Positions 45,311 to 59,297 of a DNA stretch of 64,000 bases are shown in pieces. The notes beneath the pieces are model-generated. The model saw only the letters and a program-made list of their open reading frames with translations. It ran no database searches and was not told where the DNA came from. Made by a program: the position numbers and the translations under genes. Every line of letters starts with the position of its first letter. The stretch's first letter is position 1. Location: positions 234,422,001 to 234,486,000 of the forward strand of contig OZ024740.1 of NCBI GenBank assembly GCA_964016885.1. The letters are read 5' to 3'. The stretch comes from Eledone cirrhosa (Eukaryota).

Positions 45311-46770
45311 CTGGCTGGGTTGGGCTGTCTGGTGGGTGGTTGGCTGGTTGGTGGTGGTTGGTTGGTTGGTTGGCTGGTTGGTTGGTTGGTGGTTGGTTGG
45401 TTGGTTGGTTGGCTGGTTGGCTGGTTGGTGTTGGCTGGTTGGTGGTTGCTGTTGGCTGGTTGGCTGTTGGTTGGCTGGTTGGTTGGTTGGCTGGTTGTTG
45501 GTGGTTGGTTGGTTGGCTGGTTGGTTGGTTGGTTGGTTGGTTGGCTGGTTGGTTGGTTGTTGGCTGGTTGCTGTTGGTTGGTTGGCTGGTTGGCTGGGTG
45601 GCTGGTTGGTTGGTTGGCTGGTGTTGGTTGGTTGGCTGGTGGGCTGGTTGGTTGGTTGGCTGGTTGTTGGTTGGTTGTTGGTGGCTGGTTGGTTGGTTGG
45701 TTGGCTGGTTGGCTGGTTGGTTGGTTGGCTGGCTGGTTGGGTTGGCTGGTTGGCTGGTTGGTGGTTGGCTGGTTGGCTGGTTGGCTGGGTTGGTTGGCTG
45801 GTTGGCTGGTTGGTTGGTTGGCTGGTTGTTGTTTGGTTGGTTGGTTGGTTGGTTGGCTGTTGGTTGGGTGGTTGTTGTTGGTTTTGGTTTGGTTGGCTGG
45901 CTGGTTGGCTGGTTGGTTGGTTGGTTGGTTGGTTGGCTGGTTGTTGGTTGGTTGGTTGGTTGGCTGGTTGGTTGGTTGTTGGCTGGTTGGCTGGTTGGTT
46001 GGTTGGCTGGCTGGTTGTTGGTTGGCTGGTTGGCTGGTTGGTTGGTTGGCTGGTTGGCTGGTTGGCTGGTTGGTTGGCTGGTTGGCTGGTTGGTTGGTTG
46101 GCTGGTTGTTGTTTGGTTGGTTGGTTGGTTGGTTGGTTGGCTGGTTGGTTGGGTGGCTGGTTGGCTGGTTTTGGTTGGTTGGCTGGCTGGTTGGCTGGTT
46201 GGTTGGTGGTTGGTTGGTTGGCTGGTTGTTGGTTGGTTGGTTGGTTGGTTGGCTGGTTGGTTGGTTGGCTGGTTGTTGGTTGGTTGGTTGGCTGGTTGGC
46301 TGGTTGGCTGGTTGGTTGGTTGGTTGGTTGGTTGTTGTTTGGTTGGTTGGTTGGTTGGCTTGTTGTTGTTGGTTGGTTGTTGGTTGGCTGGTTGGTTGGC
46401 TGGCTGGTTGGCTGGTTGTTGGTTGGTTGGCTGGCTGGTTGGCTGGTTGGTTGGCTGGTTGTTGGTTGGTTGGCTGGCTGGTTGGCTGGTTGGCTGGTTG
46501 GTTGGTGGTTGGTTGGCTGGTTGGCTGGTTGGTTGGTGGTTGGCTGGTTGGCTGGTTGTTGGTTGGCTGGTTGTTGGTTGGTTGGTTGGTTGGTTGGTTG
46601 GCTGGTTGTTGGTTGGTTGGTTGGCTGGCTGGTTGGCTGGTTGGCTGGTTGGTTGGTGTTGGCTGGTTGGTGGTTGGTTGGCTCGTTGGCTGGTTGGCTG
46701 GTTGGCTGGTTGGTTGGTTGGTTGGCTGGTTGGCTGGTTCATTGGTTGGTTGGTTGGTTAGTTGGTTAGT
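45311..46770. repeat. Degenerate (GGTT/GGCT)n simple-repeat array, ~1.45 kb
   Basis: Directly visible. Confidence 0.95.
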
Positions 46771-47049
46771 TAGGGGGCTGGAGGCGCATAATATGCTAAT
46801 GGTAGCAGAGTCCGTATAGGTTATTTAGCGTGTTGTGGGAAATGGAAAAACACAGAGCGAGTAAATATATATTTTATTTTTGTGCGCGGTGGTGGCATGT
46901 ATGTATGTTCTAAGGATGGATGTATGGATGGACGTAACGTGTGGGCATGTGGAAGACAGAGTATATGTGTATGTTAGAGAGTGTTTGAGTAGGCGAAGCA
47001 GTCACAGATGATGTACGAATGTGCACTTTTCTCCCGCTCTCTCTTCCCC

Positions 47050-47085
<36 letters not shown>

Positions 47086-47087
47086 AA

Positions 47088-47570
47088 ACACACACACATA
47101 CATCCACACCCATACATACACACTCACACATACATACACACACACACACACAAGCACACATACATGCAGACACACACATACACACACCCATACATACACA
47201 CTCACGCATACATACACATACATACACGCACACATATACACAAGCACACATACATGCAGACACACGCATACACCCACACCCAAACATACACACTCACGCA
47301 TACATACACATACATACACGCACACATACACACAAGCACACATACATGCAGACACACACATACACACACACACCCATACATACACACTCACACATACATA
47401 CACATACATACACGCACACATACACACAAGCACACATACATGCAGACACACGCATACACCCACACACATACATACACACTCACGCATACATACACATACG
47501 TACATACACACAAGCACACATACATGCAGACACACACACACGCACACACATACACACACACTCACACATA
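47088..47570. repeat. CA-rich minisatellite, ~90 bp unit
   Basis: Anchor CAAGCACACATACATGCAGACAC occurs five times. Confidence 0.85.
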
Positions 47571-47717
47571 TGTAGAGAGAGGGGTAGAGACAAAAAGACA
47601 GCAACAGAATGAGGTAGATTTACATACAAAGCACATATTGCAGAAGCTGCTTATTGTGATCACTCTGGTACAAAGCTTTTTCAAAATCTTCGTTTGATAA
47701 CGTTATCCGTCATTGAA

Positions 47718-48010
47718 TTGGCAGTATCGGTAAAGGATCGGACGTTATGCTTTGCAGCATAGTTACGTCTCTTTACTGACTGAGTTCAAATCCCGCCGAG
47801 GTTAACTTTGCCTTTCATCCTTACGGGGTCGATAAAATAAAGTACCAGTAATGCACTGGTTAATTGCTGGCCTTGTGCCAAAAGTAGAAACAATTATAAT
47901 AAACCGCCGAGGTTAACTTTGCCTTTCATCCTTATGGGGTCGATAAAATAAAGTACCAGTAATACACTGAGTAATTGCTGGCCCTGTGCCAAACGTAGAA
48001 ACAATTATAA
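47718..48010 (+). mobile_element. Full SINE (47718-47897) followed by a tandem 3' half (47904-48010)
   Basis: Identity to the SINE family. Confidence 0.9.
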
Positions 48011-48048
48011 TGAACCGCTTTCAGAGCATGTGTGTGTATACATATATA

Positions 48049-48133
48049 CAGGGTGTCTCCTTTGGTTACCCGTACATGTAATACTTATTAGAATGCTGTT
48101 GAAGTGTGTATACATTTTGGGGCGGACACTCTG
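48049..48133. mobile_element. ~85 bp Tc1/mariner-type MITE; related copy at 58749-58835
   Basis: TA|CAGGGTGT..ACACTCTG|TA; shared core TTATTAGAATG..TTGAAGTGTGTA. Confidence 0.65.
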
Positions 48134-48190
48134 TATATATACATATATATATATATGTATAATATTTATTTATAAAACTGATCTATATTA

Positions 48191-48255
48191 TATTTTATCT
48201 GATGAAAGCACACCATAATTTAACTTGATGTCCTTGAAATATGTATAATGAAATA
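48191..48255 (+). ncRNA. HHR motif in TA-flanked cassette about 48160-48388 (3398-3812 family)
   Basis: TATTTTAT-CTGATGA-AAG..CTT-GAAAT atgt ATA-ATGAAATA. Confidence 0.7.
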
Positions 48256-48468
48256 AATATGGTTTTATAAATATAGTTTCCATTTGTTAATATATTGTAT
48301 TTTTACTCCAATAATTTGTTGAGTGCTTTATATCAGTTATAAAAATATTTGCTTGTTGTATCCCAACAATTTAAATAGAACTTCTACATATATATATATA
48401 TATATATACATATATGTGTGTATGTGTGTGTGTGTGTCTGTGTGTGTGTATGTGTGTGCGCGCGCGCG

Positions 48469-48507
<39 letters not shown>

Positions 48508-48706
48508 GGTAAACAGAAATAACAAAACAATCGGTACAGTATATGGAATACATATATTATATATATGCGTATGAAAGCATATCATGATATGCTTTCATTT
48601 CCTTGGATAAATAACGCTACACTGAGGGTCTGAACATATCAACGAATTAACAAGGCAAAATCTATTCCAACATTATGTTTTTCCTATTTTTTCTGTTCAA
48701 GTTCTA

Positions 48707-48765
48707 GCTGTCTGATGAGGTTGTAGCTGTTGAATAATGGTTATCACCGAAATGTATATAGCAGC
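48707..48765 (+). ncRNA. Type I HHR motif followed by AATAAA
   Basis: GCTGT-CTGATGA-GGT t GTAGCTGTT gaat AATGGTTAT c ACC-GAAAT gtat ATA-GCAGC. Confidence 0.85.
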
Positions 48766-48916
48766 GAATATGAATAAACGAAGCTAAATTTATCCTATTG
48801 ACTTACACTTCTTGTTATTACATTGCTCCGGAATAAACAGACCCGCCTACGCACTTCGTTCGGTGTGTCTACCCTGCATACTGAAGTATCGGTTAACAAC
48901 CAACACATACTCAAAG

Positions 48917-48985
<69 letters not shown>

Positions 48986-48990
<5 letters not shown>

Positions 48991-49130
48991 ATAATAATAA
49001 ATTTGAAGACTAAAATCCAAAGAGGGCTCGATAAGGATAAATATATATCAAATATATAAGAACCGTAGAGCAAATATTTATTTAAATAACAGATTAAAGT
49101 TTATTTTAATAAATATTTTATTTTAATAAA
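48986..49130 (-). mobile_element. Tail-only derivative of the 21624-24416 PLE in (TA)n
   Basis: Reverse complement of 24302-24416 plus a short inverted TTATTTTAATAAA end. Confidence 0.85.
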
Positions 49131-49335
49131 TATATATATATATTTAATAATCTCCCGTTAGGTTGAGATACAATTTGGCGATATTTGGCTGCGCTTTCTA
49201 GCAACAAGCCTACCCGCCGTAAGCAACCAATCCCATTCTTTCTAGCTTGACCACAGCCACATTGCGATTCTTAGCCATTTTTTAATCTAATTTTGGCGCG
49301 ATCACGTTGGAAAACTAAATGTCTAATTTTGAGTT

Positions 49336-49414
49336 TGTCTCCTGATGAATCCTAACTCAAGACATTCCTATTAATTGGATGTCTAAAAATACGGATGAAA
49401 CCATGGTAGAGATA
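49336..49414 (+). ncRNA. Type I HHR motif in TA-flanked cassette about 49145-49696
   Basis: TGTCTC-CTGATGA-ATCC..AGACATTCC/GGATGTCT..GGAT-GAAAC catg GTA-GAGATA. Confidence 0.9.
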
Positions 49415-49693
49415 TAATTACGGTATGTACACATTTCTTCTAAGTTTGATTTTACACCTAATTGTGTATGGTTGATGGTATATTTAGTCAGTTTCTACAT
49501 GCTGTCGAAATGTTGGATAAATACTCTATTGGGGCCACCGCGAAGAAGCCACTTTCGGTTATTTGTCGGAGATTTCTTCATAAGAGCCTTTCTTCTTATA
49601 GATCGGTCTAATTGATTTTTTATATGGTTAATTATGCTAATTGGGAGAGGAAATGGTATATATTTTATCTAATAATTCTAAGGACAAGATTTA

Positions 49694-49775
<82 letters not shown>

Positions 49776-49889
49776 ATATATATTTGTTCAATGAAAAAGA
49801 GTTAGTTGATTTAAAATCAGGTGATTTATATATAACAGATTTCAAGCACTCAGCGGTATATGTTTAACCAGAGTTTTAACATAATAATA

Positions 49890-50196
49890 ATTTCTAGTAT
49901 AGGCACAAGGCCAGTAATTTTTTTTCTTTTTTTTTGGGGGGGGGGGGTCGATTAAATCGACCCCAGTACGTTACTGGTACTTTATTTTATCGACCTCGTA
50001 AGGATGAAAGGCAAAGTTAATCTCGGTGGGAATTGTAATAATTGTTTCTACTTTTGGCACAAGGCCAGCAATTATCCCAGTGCATTACTGGTACTTTATT
50101 TTATCGACCTCGTAAGGATGAAAGGCAAAGTTAATCTCGGTGGGAATTGTAATAATTGTTTCTACTTTTGGCACAAGGCCAGCAATTATCCCAGTA
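49890..50196 (-). mobile_element. Tandem truncated SINE 3' halves
   Basis: Repeated TACTGGTACTTTATTTTATCGACC..GGCAAAGTTAATCTCGG. Confidence 0.85.
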
Positions 50197-50374
50197 CATT
50201 AAACGAAAGACAGTTACTTTAGACCATCCCAATTTATTATACGTATTTCGAAGATACAAAGCTTATGTGTAACATAAGCCAAAATATGTTCTCTTCAGAT
50301 AAAATCCACAGGAGATGTAGAAATCATTTGATATGCAGGCGGTCAGACGAGCTGTTCAGATCCGTAGCCGGCAA

Positions 50375-50418
<44 letters not shown>

Positions 50419-50542
50419 AAGGGTGTGGTCAAATACCAAGAGTACTCGATACTTGGGATAGTAGAGTGGGTAATATGAAAAGATTCAGGACCCCGGCAGC
50501 TGAGTTCAGCCGTCAGTGTCCTGAATCTTTTCATATATACTG

Positions 50543-50604
<62 letters not shown>

Positions 50605-52189
50605 TGTGTGTGTGTGTTTTAGAAGATGCAGTATGCTCAGGCGCAGAAAATATTATAAACTAGCTTATAAATTAGGGTAAATACACTTAGAGGCAGAAAA
50701 AGAAATTTATTGACAGCCGCCGCTACGAGGGATTGAGTCTCGTATCTCTTAGATTCCGACACCCGAGCCAGGTTTCAGAACTTGCCCCTCTTTTGACCAT
50801 AAAGTATTTAATTAAGTTTGATTAATTTATACTTGCGGTGTTGGCTAAAATATATTTGGTTTATTCTGTAGTACATCATAGCAATACAGAACAAACACTG
50901 CACACCCCTTGAATAACTTCAAGACAGACATCCTTTGCAGATAGGTATAATAACAGTATCTACATCACATCTCAAAATACATGATGAAGCCTAACAGTGT
51001 TCCTTTGGGATCTTGAAACATAGGATTGATTGAGGTAGGGTAATTTTCTTGCAGGAATATTTTTAATAAATATTTATTTTTGGTCTGTACTGCAGTATTG
51101 CAAAGTTTTATGAATAATTTTGGCATTGGGCCACTTTTTGCCATTTTCTTTCTTTTTTTTTTTTTTGAATGATGGAATAGGGTGTGTTCTTGGCTAGAAA
51201 CTGCTGCAACTATCTGGCAACCCTGGTAGACAGATCACAATAACAACACAAATAACATTATAACAACAACAAACATATCAGGTTCTCAACTGATGCAGAA
51301 ATAAAGAGTTGATCACTATGTTAGCTTTCTGTCTTTATGTTTAAATGTATTACTAATTGATCCTCGTCTTTAAAACTGCTTAAGTCACATTTCGACCTGC
51401 TATAAACAGCTACCAAATTCCCTCACATCACAACCTACCGTCTCAGAAAATGCCACGGTAGTTAATGTGGGAGTCAGTTGTCTGTCCTGGGAGCAAAGAA
51501 GCAGTTGGAATACCTTTCAACATAGTTCTACACGATATGATGGAGCTTGAGCTTACATGTTTTACCCTGTTTCAGAACACACTCTAAATTTCGTCCATTA
51601 GCACATTTCGTTATCATTGAACCCAGGCGTCTTTAAACTCAAGGACTCAAAGAGGCCATTACATCTTGACGGTGTGGCACACCCGGACAAAGTGCGATGT
51701 AGGCGGGGAGGCCATTTTAACCAGTATTAACGCTAATCTGTAATACAGATGATAGGCTGCTATTTATTTTTTCCTTCAAAATGAATAACCATATGATAGT
51801 AAGTGGGTTATACGAATTAGTACAAAATGTAGGGGAACATTTTCCGTTTCAAATTTCACTTAATTTTGCTTTTACTCTTAGTAAATTCCCCCTTTTCCGT
51901 TTTCACTTTTGATAATTAGTTTGCTTGTTTTTTTTTGTTTTTTTTTGTTTTTTTTTGTTTTTTTTTTGTTTTTTTTTTGTTTTTTTTTTGGGGGGGGGGG
52001 GGGGGATTGTTTTTTATGTTCATTTTATTTCATTTCATGAGTATGTTGCAATAAATTGTACTATAAATATTATAGTCGTGCCACCGTCGGCAGATCGGAA
52101 TTATAGAAACTGGTGCATCGGTCCGGGTATCTCAAATTTCTTACCCACACGAAGTCGTCTTCCTCACTGATAAACATATAAGTGTATAC

Positions 52190-52700
52190 TCTAATCGGTT
52201 GGGTTCGAATTTTAATAATACGAACTTAATTAAATTATTGAGTGAGTAAGGAAACGACCAAAGCTAGCTATGTCAATTCACCCAAACGCGAACACACACC
52301 AAACACTATACACACACGCAAACGCATGCGCAGAGAAGACAAAAATAACTAAATAAATAGACAAAATAAAAATGGCGTAGATATACAATACAACAGGCGG
52401 AACATAATAGTACCACTGATGATGTTGCAGATGTGCAACGAAAGAACTTTGTTGAAAGAACTATATATATGTGTTTATATCTATATTATATCTGTATTTT
52501 TGACCGTTGGTCAGTCAATGGTAAACATTGAGGACCGAATGAATTAACTGATATAAAAGATACAGAAGCGAAAACCAACCAAACAGTGAGTGTGTTCTGT
52601 TATTAATTCTGACAATATTATTACAACAATATGACCCTCCCCAAGTACAACAATATTTGTTTCGACACACGATTTCATATAAAAAAACTCGCAAAACAAA
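52190..52700 (+). mobile_element. PLE 3' region related to the 62 kb family, HHR at 52412-52453
   Basis: CTGATGA-TGTTGCA gatg TGCAAC-GAAAG aa CTT; terminal GACCCTCCCCAAGTACAACAATAT; 5' limit approximate. Confidence 0.65.
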
Positions 52701-52799
52701 TATATATATATATATATATATACGAGTTTAGTCTTCACGGCTTTGCCGTGAAGACTAAACTCGTGGAACAGTAGAACCTCATCCCCCCCCCCCCCCCCC

Positions 52800-53370
52800 T
52801 GTGATAGCGAACGGTTGATGACCCTCTAGCTCCAATTCAAACATGGTATATCCCTAACTCTCATCTCCGTCTATGCACCTACATTTGTCTCTGATGACGC
52901 CATCAAAGAGTCCTTCTACGAGCTTTTGGACAAAACAGTCAGAACCACCTCAGCATCGGACAAACACGTGGTCCCTGGCAATATCAACGCCAGAGCTGGC
53001 CGTGATCACAGTACATGGACGGACATTCTCGGCAACTGTAATGCCTCTGCACGGAACATGACTTGACTATGACTAACACCCTGTTCCGACTCCCGAACCA
53101 GCACAAAACAACATGGCAGCACCTGCGATCCAGGCTCTGGAACACCTTAGACTATGTCCTCATTCGATCTCAGGAGAAAAGAGGTATCCTCATCACCCGT
53201 TTCATGTCTGGAGTGGACGATTGCTGGACAGACCACTGTCTTCTGTTCTCGCGCCTCAATATCTCCTTTCGCCTACCACCTAGGCGTCCTCCAGCGGACA
53301 AACCCCACCGACTCTTTGACTGTATGAAGCTCCAGGACACCCAAACATCTGAGCTCTTTCGACTATTTGT
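52800..53370 (+). mobile_element. RTE-clade LINE AP-endonuclease fragment
   Basis: LISVYAPT..FYELL..LGNINARAG..NTLF..KTTWQH..LDYVL..CWTDH. Confidence 0.85.
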
Positions 53371-53464
53371 TGGAAAGGGGAATAAGAAAGTGGTGCAAAG
53401 CAAATGAAAGTACTTTTAAAGTGGGAATGGGAGAGAGTATCGACAGTTCAAGTAAAAACGTCAT

Positions 53465-53537
<73 letters not shown>

Positions 53538-53649
53538 CTTGTAGAAAAGCAATAAATAAAACAACAGATCAGTTTGTGATAGATTTGTTGATGAAGTAGT
53601 TAGTGAAGTAATTAGTTTCGATATTTCCCTCTCTGCCTGTCTCTCTCAC

Positions 53650-54200
53650 ACACCGCGAGAGCTGGAATAAATCTTCCAGCGAGTCGCTCTGCCATCCTCC
53701 AGGGAAACGCTTTCTCTATTCTGTTCACCGGGGCTGTAGGACGGCCACTGCATGGGCCCCCATTTGCTTATAATAGTGAGAAATGGAGAGAGCGAGAGGA
53801 ACGGAGGCAGTAACAGTGGGAGTTTGGTTCCATTGTGTTTGGACCTGATGTATATGTATATATTTATTTACCACACCACATTAATACTGAGGAGGGCAAA
53901 CTCTCCAAGTACCGGTCGCTCTCCGAAATGTTTGAGGTCGTGCCCTTGGCAATGGAGACTTTTGGTGTCCTTGGTCCTAGGGCGACCTCCCTACTTACCA
54001 CCATAGGCGCTGAGCTGGCCAGCCGCAGGTGTGAGCCTCGCGAGATGGAATGGCTCTACCAGCGCATCTCCCTTACCATCCTCCGGAGAAACGCCTTCTC
54101 CTTTCTGTCCGCCGGAACTGTTGGGCGGCCAGCACGTGGGGCCCCATTTGCTCATATTATAGAGAGATGGAGGCGATGACAGTGGGAGTTTGGCTTTTCC
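53650..54200 (+). mobile_element. CRE-like RLE C-terminus (53885-54200) with an upstream partial duplicate (53650-53830)
   Basis: KYRSL..VVPLAMETFGVLGPRA..WLYQRISLTILRRNA. Confidence 0.75.
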
Positions 54201-55333
54201 GTGTTCTCCCCTCTTCTTTCTTTCATCCCCCACTCCACACATAATCTCCCTCTCTCTGCTACCTCTCCTATCCAGTCACCGCTGCCGTTTTTTCTCCTAA
54301 TACTATTACCTAAATGTGTTGATAAGACATATCCATCCTCTGATCAGTAGTAGAGCAACAGATATAACTAACAATCTGCCCACGCATCTGTCTATCTTCG
54401 GACAATAAAACAGCATATATCTCTCAATCCATCCACCTACATATCTGTCTTTTTATTGGTCTGTGTAGCTATCCGTCTGCCTATCTTTATGCCTTTCCAT
54501 TTTTATGAAAGATGGGTGAAAGTGGCGAGAATGGCCCGTGTGAATGGGCCTTCACTCTACATCAGACTATAGGTGAGGAAGATGAAAGATCAAGGGAGCA
54601 CCCCCTCTCTGTGCTCCTGAGGAGAAGGGTTGCACACTTTTTTTCGGGGGTGTGTGCGACCCCCCAAGGCGCCTCCTCCCTATTGAGGATTTTGTTATTA
54701 AATTTATTTTTGTTATATTTTATTTTATTTTTATATTTTGTTATTGCATCCTCCTTATTGAGGACACCTTTTTATGTAAACTCCCCCCCCCCTTGTACTT
54801 GTCCCACTTTTTGATGCCCTGGTGGCAAATAAAGAAAGTTATCTTTATGCCTTTCTATATCTCTATTTGTCTGTTTATCTGTGTACTTATATATCTATTT
54901 ATCTATCTAACCACCTAATTGTCTATCTATATACCTATATATCTACTTACCTGTCTATCTACCCACCTACCTGTCTATCTACCAATCTATCTATCTATTA
55001 ATATTTACTAATATATCTATCTTTGGACAATAATAACAACTACAACAAAACACGAATCCCAATAGCGTAGCAGTTCGATACATAGGTAGATATATAGGTA
55101 TAACAGAGTTATTGTAATCTAGTAAATATATGTTTGGTAATAGAAAATATGAAATAAAATTATTATAATTGATTTAAATTAATGTAAAATGAAATGCCAG
55201 GGTGGCCACGGGAGAAGGTTAAGTAAAACTGAGTGTTAAAGCCTCTTTCTGTAGATTGGTGTCAATGAATTATTAAATAATAATTGTATTACTATAAATA
55301 AACCCCGTCATATTTGACGGGCACTGTGCTTGT

Positions 55334-55368
<35 letters not shown>

Positions 55369-55371
<3 letters not shown>

Positions 55372-55686
55372 ATAAACGGAAAAGAAAATGGTGACAAATT
55401 GTTCACAGTGAAAAATAGTTTAATTAGGAATAAGTGAGAATTAGTAATAGTATTCCAATACGGCAAGGCCTAATGGATTCCCCTTGCAGTACGTACAATC
55501 TGGACACACTCACACACACCTTGATATTATGCCAATACTATATATCATTTCACACCTTTTATTATTAAGGTTTTTGATGTTCTATTGAGAGAATCGATTT
55601 TATTGAATATATCGAATAATGTACACCATTTCACGAGTATCACAAAAATAATTACTGGTCCACCCACACACACACACACACACATT

Positions 55687-55722
<36 letters not shown>

Positions 55723-55928
55723 TATGCGCACACACGCACATATATACACACACACATACACACGCGTACATTAACATACAAAGAGACATATATGCACACA
55801 CACACACACACACACACACTTCTCCGTATAAGACAAGAGCTGAAAAATATCTTTTAACATGTTAAAATATCCCCCACACACTTACAGACACATTCCTACT
55901 GACCATCCCTCTACCACGAATTACTCTG

Positions 55929-55968
<40 letters not shown>

Positions 55969-56528
55969 ACTTGTCTTAATAGGCATTTGAACTGTCAACA
56001 GGCTGTGGTTCGCACACACACCCCTGCTGACCATTATCACAACAACGAACCTCTTTACTACTACTACACACACACACACATATTTGTTTTGAAAGACTTA
56101 TTTTTCAGTGACTTCTCAATCAGCCGACACAAACCTACATTTGGCGCAAAATCAATTTTTAACATTCACATGACCTCTACCGACCAATCAAAATTGTTTT
56201 GACCACAAGAATTTTTGCAACACGAATTGGCGCAAAACTTATTTTAATACCGCTGGAGCCACTTTTTTAACATAAAAACAGGTAGAATTTCCAAAACTAA
56301 TCAGATTAGAGCAAACATCACGGACGCTCTATCACAAAATTATTTTTGAAAAGCATTAGAAATGCGCAACCGGTAAAACTTAAAACCAAAACTGAATACT
56401 AACCAATACTATTACTAATTCTCACTTATTCCTAATTAAACTATTTTTCACTGTGAACAATTTGTCAGCATTTTCTTTCCGTTTACCAATATATCATAAC
56501 TTGTGTGTTACACCTCTATTCTTTTAAA
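55369..56528 (+). mobile_element. TA-flanked PLE-like 3' fragment with inverted arm and decayed HHR (56343-56378)
   Basis: Arms about 55369-55454/56405-56490; TTT-TTGAAAA-GCATT aga AATGC-GCAAC cg GTA-AAA. Confidence 0.6.
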
Positions 56529-56544
56529 TATATATATATATATA

Positions 56545-56932
56545 TGGAGGAAGTTATAGTTCACTTGAAGCATTGTGTAATGAGGTATAAACGCTTGTAT
56601 ATGTATAATAAAGCCAAAACAATGCAGGTATGGACATAGAATAAAGAATGCAAATGCAAAAGATATTGTTAACAATTGGTCTTTTACCTTAGATTTATTT
56701 AAATGTCCTTAATTTTCGAGATAATATCTCTTCTTCGAAGGGAAGTAAAGCGGTTTAGAACACTGGTTTAACCGCTTTACTTCCCTCCGAAGAAGAGATA
56801 TTATCTTGAAAATTTAGGACATTTAAATAAATCTAATGTAAAAGACTAATTGTCAACAATATCTTTTGCATTTGCATTCTTTATTCTATGTCCATACCTG
56901 CATTGTTTTGGCTTTATTATACATATACAAAC

Positions 56933-56939
<7 letters not shown>
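56545..56939. mobile_element. Fold-back cassette in (TA)n with HHR-like motif (56783-56820)
   Basis: Arms 56586-56755/56770-56939; CCT-(C/T)CGAAGA-AGAGAT att ATCT(C/T)-GAAA..AGG. Confidence 0.75.
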
Positions 56940-57009
<70 letters not shown>

Positions 57010-57012
<3 letters not shown>

Positions 57013-57475
57013 GGTTATGCACGAGTGCATTAATGTTTTCCAGGACACAGTGTTATGTACCGTGTAGTGGAATGTCAGCTTACAACAGAGTGGTGCTTAA
57101 CGAAATGCAGAAAAAAAGGTGTATATTCCAGTTTAGCTATATTCCGGGGCGTGTATAAAGAATTAAAAAGAACAGAAAGATGCAGTAAAAGAGATTTATT
57201 CGGTTCTTACGTACGTTTCAATAGACATCAATTTGCCTAGATCTCGCTACATCTATAATATTATATATTTAGTAGAGCATTCGATATCCAATGCACAATC
57301 GATCTCATATCATCAGAGATATGGGATCGATTGTGCATTGGATATCGAATGCTCTACTAAATATATAATATTATAGATGTAGCGAGATCTAGGCAAATTG
57401 ATGTCTATTGAAACGTACGTAAGAACCGAATAAATCTCTTTTACTGCATCTTTCTGTTCTTTTTAATTCTTTATA
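57010..57475. mobile_element. Near-perfect fold-back cassette in (TA)n with HHR on - strand (57205-57319)
   Basis: Arms 57154-57311/57318-57475; minus strand TCT-CTGATGA..GAAAC gtac GTA-AGA, then AATAAA. Confidence 0.85.
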
Positions 57476-57730
57476 TATATATATATATATATATAAGCAA
57501 AAGGTATATTTTATAAATATAGTTTCCATGAGTCGGTTTTTTCGTTGTTCTGGTCCTAGCGGCTCGCTTTTCGGTCGCTGGCTTCAATTTGCATAGCTGT
57601 CTAAACGTAATGTTATAACTCTAAGGTAAAATTCCTTATTGAGTGCTTTTGGCTGCACTTCCCGACAGCATTCGTTAGCTTGCCCGCAACCAGAGCTTCG
57701 ATTATGCTGTACTTCCTTCTTGTATCATTG

Positions 57731-57807
<77 letters not shown>

Positions 57808-58036
57808 GGTGGGGTATTTGCAGGTGAAACTCCAGACTAACAAGATTATTAAATTAATATTAAATATTAAATTAATATTGAAACTCTACTTCGGTATGTG
57901 TATGTGTGTGTATCGGTGTGTGTATGTGTGTGTGTGTGGAGGGGGGGGGTTGTGTGTGGGTGTATTCGATGTGTGTGTTCTTGTAGTGTATATATCAATA
58001 TACATTGACAAGTTAGGATATATGTATATATATATA

Positions 58037-58067
<31 letters not shown>

Positions 58068-58149
58068 GTGTGTGTGAGTGTGTGTATATATATATGTTGT
58101 ATATATGTATGCGTAATATATATATATATTACGTATACATATATACAAC

Positions 58150-58232
<83 letters not shown>

Positions 58233-58606
58233 TATATACATATATCCTACTTTTCAAATTTGTCAATGTATATTGATATATACAGTACAAGAACACACAC
58301 ATCGAATACACCAACACACACACATACACAACCACACACACATACACACACACACACACAAACAAACACTCACACAGTTTGTCTCATAAATACATCCGTG
58401 TATATCTGTATACTACCGGATGTCTGGTGGGAATAGTAGCAATTGTCGGAATAGGCGAAATAGTCAGAATAGTCACATGTCAGCACACGTGGTCAAACTA
58501 AGGTGGTTGTATAGGCGTCGGATGAAATGTTGTGGAGATATACAGCACAGACTCATGCCTACGCACAAATATATATACACACACACATACTATGTACACA
58601 CACACG

Positions 58607-58647
<41 letters not shown>

Positions 58648-58705
58648 TTACTGTGTCTATGTATATTTAGGCATATAAAAGGGGTTTGCGTGTGTATACA
58701 CAAAC

Positions 58706-58751
<46 letters not shown>

Positions 58752-58835
58752 GATGTGCCCCAAAAATGTATACACAGTTTTATTAGAATGGTGTTGAAGT
58801 GTGTACACATTACATTTTGGGGGCACCCTACCTTG

Positions 58836-58916
<81 letters not shown>

Positions 58917-58919
<3 letters not shown>

Positions 58920-59104
58920 CAAGTAAGACCCCGACGGCTGAGCTCAAGCCGTTTCGACGGCTAATTCTGGACAGAATTAGCCGTCGAAACGGCTTGAGCT
59001 CAGCCGTCGGGGTCTTACTTATTCCTATTACCCACTCTACTACCCTAACTATTGAGTACTTTGGTGCATTATGGTCCACCTGGTTCCTTACCACATTTCC
59101 TTCG

Positions 59105-59107
<3 letters not shown>
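58917..59107. mobile_element. Fold-back copy of the 12012-12259 family in (TA)n
   Basis: 58917-58972 is inverse of about 58972-59024, followed by the family tail. Confidence 0.85.
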
Positions 59108-59155
<48 letters not shown>

Positions 59156-59225
59156 TTATATATATACATTATACATTATATATATCTATACTCATATACA
59201 TATATATCTATATATCTATACTCAT

Positions 59226-59292
<67 letters not shown>

Positions 59293-59297
<5 letters not shown>

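Noticed and set aside
45233-46819. 480-530 aa ORFs (WLVG / NQPT repeats)
   Set aside because: Translations of the GGTT/GGCT simple repeat, open in several frames because stop codons are absent
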